From: a bacterium
GTDB taxonomy: Bacteria; JADJOY01
Assembly (NCBI GenBank): GCA_046331705.1
Contig: JAXLQJ010000054.1
Location: 1 to 48,429, forward strand
DNA: 48,429 bases
Direction: 5' to 3'
In this document: positions 39,230-48,241 of the stretch, piece after piece
How the letters are laid out: each line of letters begins with the position of its first letter
Position numbering within the stretch: position 1 is the first letter of the stretch
Notes under the pieces: model-generated
What the model was told of the DNA's origin: nothing
Databases searched by the model: none
What the model saw: the letters and a program-made list of their open reading frames with translations, nothing else
Translations under genes and position numbers: made by a program

Positions 39230-41243
39230 AAACATAAGGACACGCATCACGATTCTCGAATACCTGATAGACAAAATTCTGCTGGAGCGTCGACAGGCCA
39301 TTCTCCGGCTCGACGTATGACCAAGGTATTCCGCCGACCGCCTGAAACTCAACGTCGATGCAGCAGGGTCAGCACCGGGCAAGGGAAGGTAAAGAGGAAC
39401 CCGTTTTCATCGTACGCATCAATCAAAGCGATTGCACCATTGTAGATCTTGCTGAAATTGTAGAATGACCAGCTTGTCGGACTCTTCCATTCTGCCTTTA
39501 CGATATGTTGCCCGACCGGGTCTCAAGTACTCAAACCTGCAGGTGTTGCTATCAAGCGCTTCAACATTGCAAGCTTGAACGTCGACGTAGAATGAAAACG
39601 AGCCTGTATCGGTCGATGCATTTCTCGGATCGACAGTGAATTCAAAATCCATAGATGCTCGATTTGCACTTGACATTTGCAGGCTCACTCTCGACCCCGG
39701 GAATAAGCTCGGTCAAGCGTACCGGGACGACCTCATTGCTGGTCTGCTTGCATGTGATGTTAGGATTATTCGAGACCTCGAAGTCCGCTATGGTAGCCTT
39801 GTTAGACTTCCACTTCACCTGCTTCACCGGGTCATCGATTGGCACACTTCCGTCGTTCACATCGTAAGCCGTCGCATTCAGCAGTCCGGAGGGTGTCCCG
39901 GATTGGGAAGGCAATTAGTGCTGGATTCGGCGTGATCTTGATATGGTCGATGCAATAGGCTCCGGGAAATCGCACATCAATAGGACCGAGACCTGGGAGG
40001 GCGAGGAATGTCACTCGTTATCGGTGCCAGTGTGCGGTTTTCAGAGTTGCTGATATCGTCAGCTTCCCGGTCAGGCTTCCGGGTTGGCTCAATGTTACAA
40101 GAATCTGATTGAGCGGGTCGCCAATCTCGACCGCTTCCTGGCTCCGCACGTTATCACCACAGCGTTGCATGTTTCCGAAACAGCAGAACGGCGGCTGCGG
40201 AGAAGCTGGCAGACACAAGCGCGCTAATTGCTAGGCACTGGCTTGCGTCGAGACTGACCTGCTCCGTGGCATTGCAGAGCTGCGCTGTATTTTGCAGAAA
40301 TCCGTCCACAAGCGGCTGCAGCGCAGGGTCGTTTGGAAAGCTGGGCGGCTGGATCGTATAGAGGTAGTCGCCCAGTCCATTTCGTACGACGCTCGCGGCA
40401 GTCGGCAAGCCCTCCAGGGCCGACCACCGCCTGAATCCGGGCGGTAGGTGTTCGGATCGAGACCAGGCAATGCCAGAGGAGTCTGCGTCGAGGCGACTCT
40501 CAATGCTGTGATCATCCGACCGTGACGGGCCCTGAGGTCGTAACGTCGCTCGGCTGGTGTCGTCGATGGGAGTTCGATGCTCAAGTTGCTCCGGGTCGAA
40601 GTGCGCGTTGTGATCGAATTGGTTGTCGAGTCGTACATGAAGTCGGCGATGGGCAGGCCATCGAGGAGATGAACGTGCCAGACCACCGTTCCATTGGGAT
40701 TTCGTACTCAAAGGAGACGCTCCCTGCATTCTCGGCCGAGGCAGCGATTGGGCGACCGCTGAATCGTAGCTCACAGGGAGTGCGCTTCGGTTGCCCAGCA
40801 GCTGCGTAGACAATGGCGCTTTTAAGTTGCTGCGTAACGCCTTGGCTGTCGCGGGTACCGCGGTACTCGACTTGCCGGCCCGTGTTCTGGACGACCGCAG
40901 ACTCGTGGAAGAGGATCGGCGATCACCTCGATTGCGGTGTGGCAAGGAAGGACGTCTGGCTCGCGAACCGACCACCCGCAACCGGGACTTGCCTCGAAGC
41001 CGTCTTCAAAGATGCTCACCCCAGCGGTCGCGAAGCGCGAGGCGCAGAGGACGATGCCAGCGTGGTGACGAGTCTGCCTGGAATCCGGTTCATGGGAAGC
41101 CTATTTCGGCAACCTCGGGAGCGAGCGAAGCCGGAAAAGGGGCTGTACTCAGATCATACAGACAGCGGTTGTCTCTTTCGCCAATCAGATTGTTCGGTCG
41201 GCGTACGAAAAGCGTGTGGAGGATCCGGGGTTGAAGACTGCAT
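39230..41243 (-). pseudogene. AT-richer, multiply frameshifted gene for a probable surface protein with an Ig-like segment
   Basis: Consecutive protein-like fragments in alternating minus frames (e.g. LLNATAYDVNDGSVP...VKWKSNKATIADF); composition differs from host genes; boundaries approximate. Confidence 0.55.
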
Positions 41244-41245
41244 GC

Positions 41246-41407
41246 TCGGGGAACCGGCCGTTTAGTGGTCCAGATCGTCGGACCGGGCGCCGCGCAGCCA
41301 TGGAGATTGAATAGAAGTCTACGGAGGGTTCTCGGACCCCGTGCCCTTGTCCGTCCTCCGCGCTCGATTGCGGCCAACCACCCAGAATCACGGGATGAGT
41401 TTCCCGA
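41246..41407. repeat. ~160-bp element with imperfect terminal IR; second copy at 45911-45923 + 48351-48429
   Basis: TCGGGGAAC...GTTTCCCGA; shared core GTGGTCCAGATCGTCGGACCGGG...ATGGAGATTGAATAG...GGTTCTCGGACCC. Confidence 0.8.
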
Positions 41408-41857
41408 ACGCTTGAGCGGGGCATCGCGCCCGCCACCGAGGCAGGCCGTAGTGGCGTCGCCAGCTCGCACGAGGGGCTCCTCGGGAGCAGACCGTGGGGC
41501 GGACATGACCGCCGAACGCGGGACGCCCACGAACAGACGACTGGGATCCGCGCGCCGGGTACCACGCCTCAAGCCCTGGTCTGGTCTTGCGGCTGGATGA
41601 GTGGGCTGCAACTCCGATTACCGTCGGCAGACGTGCCCGGATGTCGCGCATCGATTCCGGGGGACACGAGCTCAAGCGAGCTGGCGTGGAGCCTGGACCC
41701 GTTGGCTATGGACAAGGTAGCGGCGCCCGTGGGACCTACCGCGCAGCGGTTAGTTCAACCCAGATGGAATGAGAAGGCTGACCTCCCGATCACGAGATGT
41801 CGTAAACGATTCTCAAGGTTGGATCAACGGGCTCGAAGCCCAAACAGGAGGTCAGCC

Positions 41858-42930
41858 ATGAGCAATTAACCACGAAGTCCTTCGGATCGAGCGCAGGCCG
41901 CCTCGCTTCCGCCCTCACCGCCGGCCTCGACGTCGGCGACCGCCACTCGACGATGTGCTTCATCGACGCCGCCGGCGAAACGGTCGAGCATGCGCGGGTG
42001 CGCACCACTCCGAGGCGCTCGAGGGCATTCGGCCACCGCGCACCGCGCTGCGCATCGCCCTCGAGGTGAGTACCCACTCTCGATGGATCCGTCGGCACGT
42101 GGCTGCTCGTCGAGGCTCGGTCACGAGGTGTTCGTCGCGAATCCACGTCGGGTCCGAGCGATCTACGAGAGCGACACGAAGACCGACAGCTCGGATGCCG
42201 AGATGCTCGCGCGACTCGCGCGGGTCGACCCGAAGCTTTTGTGTCCCGTCCGACATCGCCGCGAGGACCGAGCCCGGGCGCTCGCCGTGGTGCGCAGTCG
42301 CGACGGGCTCGTCCGCGCGCACGCTCTGCTCATCAACCATCCGCGGTGCCATCAAGCCGGTCGGCGGTCGCGTGAAGCACTGTTCGTCCGAGAGCTTCGC
42401 ACGCCAGGCGCCGGAGCAGATTCCCGCGGAGCTGCAGGCGGTGCGCTGGCCCGTCATCGAGCAGATCGGCCACCCTGACCCACGCCCGTCCGAGAAGTTC
42501 GATCGGCAGATCGAGCAGCTCTGAGCAATTCGACGCACAGCGACTGCGGGAGATTCAAGCGTTGGTCCCCGTGACCGCGCTCACCTTCGTTTTGACCGTC
42601 GACGACCCGGCGCGGTTCCAGAACGCCCGCACGATCGGACCTATCTCGGACTTTGCCCCCGGCCGAAAACAAAGCGGCCGGGACGATCCGCAGCTCGGCA
42701 TCATGGCGCTGGGCGGCTCATGCCTGCGCAAGCTCGTCGTCACCTGCGCGCAGCACGCTAGGCCATTCGGCAAAGATGGCGCCTTGCGCCGCTGGGGACT
42801 CCAGCGAGCAGGCAGCAGCGATCGGATCGCCAAGAAGAAAGCGGTCGTTGGCGTCGCCCGGCGACTGACCGTCGTGATGCTGCACCTGTGGGTGAGTGGC
42901 GAAACCTACCGGCCGTTTCCGACGCCCGCG
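41858..42930 (+). pseudogene. Frameshifted IS110 DEDD recombinase
   Basis: Fragments GLDVGDRHS, IALEV, VANPRR...KTDSSDAEMLARLAR, PVTALTFVLTVDDPARF, QSG and KKKAVVGVARRL in different frames. Confidence 0.9.
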
Positions 42931-43089
42931 CCACCCGCGCGACCGCCTTCCCCGGAAAAAGACCGTCGAGAAGAAGGAGGAAGGCGGCATAGCCGACGTC
43001 AGAGAAACGAACACCAGATGGAACCGATGGAGCAACGGAACGCCGCACGGCGCAGGTCGCGCGATCTCGGCGACCAGCACCGGCCGCCT

Positions 43090-43230
43090 CGTCCGGGTGA
43101 CTGCGAGCTGAGCAGGCCCTCCGGGGCAGACCACCAACAGATGGCGGCACCAGGGCGAGTCGGACTCCAACCTGCACCGAGCTCACCGAACGAGCTCGCG
43201 GTACGAATGAGCGTGGCGTCCGGTGGTTCG
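43090..43230 (+). ncRNA. Putative bridge/seekRNA core of element B
   Basis: Two stem-internal loop-hairpin modules sharing GACT...GCA[hairpin]...TGGCG; loop 1 carries GCTGAGC and CAAC (target matches), loop 2 carries GAATGAG (element left-end match). Confidence 0.65.
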
Positions 43231-43541
43231 CCCGCCGCCTTCGATCGTCGGCCCCGCGACGGTCGGCCTTCCCGACTGCTCTTCGAGAAACCGTTCATCT
43301 ACCCGCGAATACAAGGCTCAAGAACGGGCACCGCCGCCTCAACAAGGACGTGAACTTGAAAGGGAGGAGAGCCTTCTCATGGAAAGAGCTCAGCAGCGGC
43401 CCCAGACTACCGCGAGGTCCAGACGAGCGCATCCCGGGTGCCGTCTGCTGCAGCGTCTTGACTCTATGAAGGCCCCCTCCGGAACGTCCCACCCCATGTG
43501 GGACGCTGGTGTTGCCAACAACCCCAACCGGAGGAGACCCA

Positions 43542-44585
43542 ATGCGATTCTACACCGGACAGCATCAGCACTACTGCGGCATCGACCTCCACGCTCGGTC
43601 GATGTACATCTGCGTCCTCGACCAGGCCGGCGAAGTCCGTCTTCACCGCAATTTCCCGACGACACCCGTCGCCTTCCTCGAGGCCGTCGCACCCTTCCGC
43701 GAGGGACTCGTCGTCGGCATCGAGTGCATCTTCACCTGGTACTGGCTCGCCGACCTCTGCGCCGCCGAGAAAATCCCCTTCGTTCTCGGCCACGCCCTCT
43801 ACATGAAGGCGATCCACGGCGGGAAGAGCAAGAACGACAAGATCGATAGCCTCAAGATCGCGACCCTTCTCCGCGGTGGAACGATTGCGCAAGCCTACGT
43901 TTACCCTCCCCAGATGCGAGCGACCCGCGATCTCCTGCGCCGGCGAACCCACCTGGTGCGTCGGCGCGCTGAGCTGATCGCCCACGCGCAGAACACCCAC
44001 CACCAGTACAACCTGCCCGCGCCGGGAGCACGGCTGGCGTACAATTCGAACCACGTCGGCGTCGCCGAAGCCTTCGCCGATCCGACCGTGCGTCGCAGCG
44101 TCGAGGTCGACCTCGAGCTCGCGCGGATTCTCGACAAGCGCATCACCGAGCTCGAGCTCTACCTGGTGCGCCAAGCGAAGGAGCACGACCCGAAGGCCTT
44201 CCACCTGCTGCGCTCGATCCCGGGCGTCGGCAAAGTACTCGCGCTCACCATCGTCTATGAGATCCACACCATCGAGCGCTTTCCAACCGTGCAGGACTTC
44301 GCGTCGTACTGCCGGCTGGTGAAGTGCAGCCGAGAGTCCGCCGGAAAGGTTTACGGTACCGGCGGAGCCAGGATGGGAAACGTCCACCTCAAGTGGGCCT
44401 ACTCGGAGGCAGCGGCGCTCTTTCTGCCCCGCAACCCCGAGGGTCAGCAGCTGCGCGACCGGCTGGCGCGCAAACACGGCAAGGGGAAAGCCATGTCGAT
44501 CCTTGCCCATCGGCTCGGGCGAGCGAGCTATCACATGCTCCGCCGCGGTGAGCCCTTCGATCGGAGGCGCTTTATGAACGGCTGA
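43542..44585 (+). CDS. IS110 DEDD recombinase/transposase (347 aa)
   Basis: GIDLH, GIEC, KNDKID (D-E-D-D), LRSIPGVG, RESAGK (Ser), AHRLGRASYHML; GGAGGAG RBS. Confidence 0.96.
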   Translation: MRFYTGQHQHYCGIDLHARSMYICVLDQAGEVRLHRNFPTTPVAFLEAVAPFREGLVVGIECIFTWYWLADLCAAEKIPFVLGHALYMKAIHGGKSKNDKIDSLKIATLLRGGTIAQAYVYPPQMRATRDLLRRRTHLVRRRAELIAHAQNTHHQYNLPAPGARLAYNSNHVGVAEAFADPTVRRSVEVDLELARILDKRITELELYLVRQAKEHDPKAFHLLRSIPGVGKVLALTIVYEIHTIERFPTVQDFASYCRLVKCSRESAGKVYGTGGARMGNVHLKWAYSEAAALFLPRNPEGQQLRDRLARKHGKGKAMSILAHRLGRASYHMLRRGEPFDRRRFMNG

Positions 44586-44597
44586 CATCATGGGGAG

Positions 44598-44990
44598 GCG
44601 CGGGTGAGCTCCGTGTTGAACTGGGATCCGTCAGGGCCGAGCTCGTCATCGACGTCCAGCGACATCTCCGCCACGAGCGGTACGCGAATGTCATGAGACA
44701 CGTGCCCGGAAAACCGTTCGTTTTGACTAGCCACCCGCGCTTGCCCCGCCCTTCATCGAACCGTACCGAGACTATGGTCTTTCGCTGGCTCTGCTCCTCC
44801 CCGAGCCCGCAACGAACTGGCTTCGAGCCTGACCTTTTGATTGGGACGGGAGAGGACACGAAATGGTTTCTAGGCCGCCGCGTGTGCGATGCGCGGCAAC
44901 CGCCGCGAGGGGGTTGAGCCTCGATAGGTGTTTGGTGCAGCGCCACGTTCGTGGTGCGAGCGCCGTACCTGAAACAAAGTCAGAGTCGCG
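44598..44990 (+). ncRNA. Putative bridge/seekRNA of element A
   Basis: Stems GCGCGGGTG/CACCCGCGC (44598-44740) and TCCTCCCCG/CGGGAGAGGA (44795-44856), each enclosing GAGCYC...GAACTGG...TTTTGAYTRG. Confidence 0.6.
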
Positions 44991-45096
44991 TCAAGCGCCA
45001 GGCCAGGTCTCGAGAGAGGAATTGCGGTGAGAACAAAACCGCTAGGGAGAGGTGTGCGCTTGACGGACGGGGGCCTTATAGGAGTTCGGCTCAGCG

Positions 45097-45579
45097 TCAA
45101 AACCAGCCTTTGTGCGTGAAGCACCCACAGGTTGGGATGAATGCATGTGTCACAACGAATCCACACAGGCACCAAGAAGTCGAGTCGAAGTGATTATCGA
45201 CTGCGACCAATGTCCGATCCTTGAACTCAAGCACTGTCTCTCGATATCCGACAGGTAGTACGAGCGGTACGGGTACGACGACAACGAGTGCGAGAAGGCC
45301 AGCGAACGCCATGTCCTGTTCGTAATACCACCAGACAGTGTGATCGTGGTCCTCGACACGGTCGGGGTCACCCCATAGCGCTCGGACGATTTCTTCTGTG
45401 TAAGGTTCTGGCGGGTCCCGGGGCGGGGTGCTCGACAACCACGACACACGCCCCCGCTCTTCCGCTAGATAGACAAACGAGCCGCGTTGGACGGCATCCC
45501 CGAGGATCCCGCCGCCCATGCATCCGGCGGTGATCTGGACAATTGCCAGGAGCGCGGCTGTGCGGAACCGGCGATTCAT
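45097..45579 (-). CDS. Hypothetical lipoprotein cassette gene (BamE/SmpA-like segment)
   Basis: Lipobox TAGC; EIVRALWGDPD...WWYY; stop 6 nt before R'' GCCGAAC. Confidence 0.75.
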   Translation of the reverse strand: MNRRFRTAALLAIVQITAGCMGGGILGDAVQRGSFVYLAEERGRVSWLSSTPPRDPPEPYTEEIVRALWGDPDRVEDHDHTVWWYYEQDMAFAGLLALVVVVPVPLVLPVGYRETVLEFKDRTLVAVDNHFDSTSWCLCGFVVTHAFIPTCGCFTHKGWF

Positions 45580-45604
45580 ACCTGCCCTGGTCGCGTGCTC
45601 GCCA

Positions 45605-45704
45605 TTGGAACGAAAAGGATTCTATCCAGGGTGCTCGGGCCGAGGTTGTGCGTCGTCCGGGGTGAGAGCCGGCCCCGAGCGGTCTGGATAGGATCCCGTT
45701 GGAC
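45605..45704 (-). other. Atypical attC-like palindrome (100 bp)
   Basis: Minus strand GTCCAAC-GGGATCCTATCCAG...CTGGATAGAATCCTTTTC-GTTCCAA; next ATG 25 nt downstream. Confidence 0.6.
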
Positions 45705-45745
45705 TAGACCGCGGTGGGAGGCCGTAGGCGTCTTCCCCTATGGGG

Positions 45746-45774
45746 ATTGTTGAGGAGGACGGTCCCGCGGTCAA
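45746..45774 (-). promoter_or_regulatory. Putative sigma-70 promoter in an ORF-less cassette
   Basis: TTGACC-17nt-AACAAT pointing down the array. Confidence 0.45.
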
Positions 45775-45959
45775 GGGCGGCGGGTGGGGTTGTTGATGGC
45801 AGGATGGCCGGGAACGGACCGTTCGAGCGTCGGTGGCACCGGTAGGATCGCTCGCGACTGGCTACCGGAGAGTGAGACAGACATGGCCGTGCCAACCGGT
45901 GGGCGTGGGTTCGGGGAACCGGCTGATCGGCGTCAACTAGTCCTGCCTGTTGACGACAA

Positions 45960-46763
45960 CTATTTCTTCCCCTTCGCGGATGCGTCACCGCCCATCGGTG
46001 CGCCCGCATTGCGTTTCTTGGCTACCTCGGTCCGATAGCTCGGCACGTCGAATTCGAGGATCGTCGAGTTGTGGACGATCCGGTCGATGGCAGCGACGGT
46101 GGCCATCGGGTTGTGGAAGATCTGGTCCCACTGGCTGAAGACCAGGTTGCTGGTGACGATCAGCGAGCGACGCTCGTAGCGCTCTCCCATCAGGGTGAAG
46201 AGCACGTCGGTGTCCTCGGCGCCCTGGTGGACGTAGCCCAGGTCGTCGAGGATCAGCACGTCGAAGCGGTCGAGCTTCTTGAGCTCGCGCGGCAGACGGA
46301 GCTCGCGCTTCGCGAGCAGAAGCTGCTGCACGAGGCGGTAGGTCGCGGTGAAGAGCACCGCGTGCCCGTGCTCGACGAGCCGGTGGCCCAGCGCTGCCAT
46401 GGCGTGCGTCTTGCCCGTGCCGGGCAGGCCGAACGCGAGCACGTTCTCCCCGCGTTCGACGAAGTCACCCTTCGCGAGATCGTCGAGCTGTTGGCGCAGC
46501 TTCACCGGCAGACGCTGGAGATCGAAGCTCGACCAGGTCTTGCCGATGGGCAGCTTCGATTCGGCACGCAGCCGTTCAACGCGACGTTGGGCGCGGTCGG
46601 TGGCTTCCTGCTCGAGAACGTCGCCCAGGGTGGGCAGCGCGTCGGCATGGCCGGCTCGGGTGAATCGAGGCACGGCCTCGGCGCCCACGGTGGGTAGATG
46701 GAACGAACGGCACAGCACGGCAATGCGGGCGTTGACGTCCACCGCTTCGGCCCTCGGCTTCAT
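45960..46763 (-). CDS. istB: IS21 helper AAA+ ATPase
   Basis: GLPGTGKT, LILDDLGY, RYERRSLIVTSN, AAIDRIVH. Confidence 0.96.
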   Translation of the reverse strand: MKPRAEAVDVNARIAVLCRSFHLPTVGAEAVPRFTRAGHADALPTLGDVLEQEATDRAQRRVERLRAESKLPIGKTWSSFDLQRLPVKLRQQLDDLAKGDFVERGENVLAFGLPGTGKTHAMAALGHRLVEHGHAVLFTATYRLVQQLLLAKRELRLPRELKKLDRFDVLILDDLGYVHQGAEDTDVLFTLMGERYERRSLIVTSNLVFSQWDQIFHNPMATVAAIDRIVHNSTILEFDVPSYRTEVAKKRNAGAPMGGDASAKGKK

Positions 46764-48241
46764 CGCTCACCTCCGACGAGGAACGCGTCGTACACGTGGA
46801 GATCGGGCTCCGGGATCGCAATCTCGGGCACCGAGGGCTTCGGCGGTGCGACTCGCTCTCGGACGTCGGTGTAGGAGAAGGGCTTCCCCTCGGCGAGCAG
46901 CTCCGTCAGCGCTCGCTCGACGCTGCTCTCCATCGTGCTCGCGGCCAGGTGCAGCACCCGCACGTACTCGACGTCGGCGCGTTCGCCGCGGCACGCAACG
47001 AGCGCATCGTAGGTCCGCCGGAAGACCTCGCTCGGGAAGAGCCCTTCGCGATAGCGGTACCGGGCGAACGCACCGGGCTTGCGCACCAACGACCAGATCA
47101 CGTGCCGGTAGTCGATCCGGTACTCCTCCGCGCCGCGCAGGCGTGGCATGCGCTCGACGGGCTGACCGCCGTAGAGAATCTCGACCCAGTCGGGATGCAA
47201 GCGCGCCTCGACCTCGTGACCGATCAGCCGCGACGGGACCGAGTACGTGCGGCCGCCCACTCGAACTGTGCTCCAGCGGTGCACCTGGACGCGGTACGTC
47301 GAGTACGCCGGCACCGGCGATGGCGGAAGCGGGCGTAGATGCGGCCGCTCCTCGGCGAGCCGCGAGTCGAAGCGGCGATTGCGGCGCTCCACGACGGCTT
47401 CGACGAAGGCTTCGTATGCAGCGAGGTCCACGAAATCACGGCTGCCGCGGATCACGAGCGCTTGTCGGAGCGCGTCTTTGAGGCGGCGGTTGGTCTGCTC
47501 GACGACGCCGTTCTCGTTCGACTCACCGGGGCGAATCCGAGTGGACTCGATCCCGTAGTGGTCGAGGACCGAGGCGAAGCGCTCGTTGAGGACGCGTCCA
47601 CCCTCATGCTTCAGGTCGTGGGTCGCCGCCGAGAGATTGTCCGTGCGGGCGACGGCGGTCACCCCACCGAGCCGCCAGAACGCCGCCTGCAGCCCGGCGA
47701 CGAGCGCCTCGAAGGTCTCGCCGAACACGACCTTCGCCCAAGTCCACCCGCTGAAGCTCAGCACCAGCACGAACAGCAGATGGTCGAGAGGCTCGCCGGC
47801 GATCGTCACACCGAGCTCGCGCGCATGCGTGAAGTCGAGCTGCGCCTCGCGTCCCGGCGGGTGTTGCTGGGGGAAGAACACCTCCCGCTCACCGCCGTGC
47901 AGCGCACGCCAATCGCGGAGGCGGCGCTGCAGCGTGCGGAGCTGACCCGCCGGGAACTGGCCCGGGTGACGATCCTCGAGCCAGTCGAAGATCGTGGTGG
48001 CCTGCAACACGCCGGCTTCGTCCGTCTGGAGCAGCGGCACGATCTCGCTCGCCCAGACCGACTCGAATGGATCGGACCGCGTGCGCCACAGGCGTGGCTG
48101 CCGCGCTTCCGAGGGCAACGGTCCCCGCTCCCACTCTCGGGCCGTACGGACACTCATGCCCGCCGCGGCTGCCGCCGCTTCCTGCGTCTTTCCGTCCATG
48201 CGCTTCTGCCTCAGCAGGCGCACCTGGGCATCCGTGACCAT
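46760..48241 (-). CDS. istA: IS21 DDE transposase
   Basis: PGREAQLDFT, RTDNLSAA, ENGVVE, YSVPSRLIG; ATGA overlap with istB. Confidence 0.96.
   Translation of the reverse strand: MVTDAQVRLLRQKRMDGKTQEAAAAAAGMSVRTAREWERGPLPSEARQPRLWRTRSDPFESVWASEIVPLLQTDEAGVLQATTIFDWLEDRHPGQFPAGQLRTLQRRLRDWRALHGGEREVFFPQQHPPGREAQLDFTHARELGVTIAGEPLDHLLFVLVLSFSGWTWAKVVFGETFEALVAGLQAAFWRLGGVTAVARTDNLSAATHDLKHEGGRVLNERFASVLDHYGIESTRIRPGESNENGVVEQTNRRLKDALRQALVIRGSRDFVDLAAYEAFVEAVVERRNRRFDSRLAEERPHLRPLPPSPVPAYSTYRVQVHRWSTVRVGGRTYSVPSRLIGHEVEARLHPDWVEILYGGQPVERMPRLRGAEEYRIDYRHVIWSLVRKPGAFARYRYREGLFPSEVFRRTYDALVACRGERADVEYVRVLHLAASTMESSVERALTELLAEGKPFSYTDVRERVAPPKPSVPEIAIPEPDLHVYDAFLVGGER

Larger units (their letters stand above)
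41765..43387 (+). mobile_element. IS110-family (IS1111-type) element B with decayed transposase
   Basis: Subterminal IRs ATGAGAAGGCT (41769-41779) / AGCCTTCTCAT (43370-43380); AGA at both junctions; long 3' non-coding region. Confidence 0.88.
43461..45084 (+). mobile_element. Intact IS110-family (IS1111-type) element A, ~1.62 kb
   Basis: Subterminal IRs AAGGCCCCC / GGGGGCCTT; no TSD; removal restores CAGCGTCTTGTTCGGC; ~500-nt 3' non-coding region; outward TTGACG at 45060. Confidence 0.92.
41753..45090 (-). other. Single attC split by two IS110/IS1111 insertions (pieces 41753-41764, 43388-43460, 45085-45090)
   Basis: Reconstructed minus strand GCCGAAC-AAGACG-CTGCAGCAG...GCTGCTGAGCTCTGG-GTTGAAC; middle piece closely resembles attC 37808-37898. 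Confidence 0.85.

Noticed and set aside
42930-43353. C-terminal extension of ORF 42562-43353 as protein
   Set aside because: Low-complexity read-through beyond the normal IS110 C-terminus; better explained as structured non-coding RNA
37800-45710. Recurrent palindromes as a CRISPR array
   Set aside because: Units are ~90-160 bp, divergent and separated by gene-sized spacers; no cas genes; attC architecture fits better
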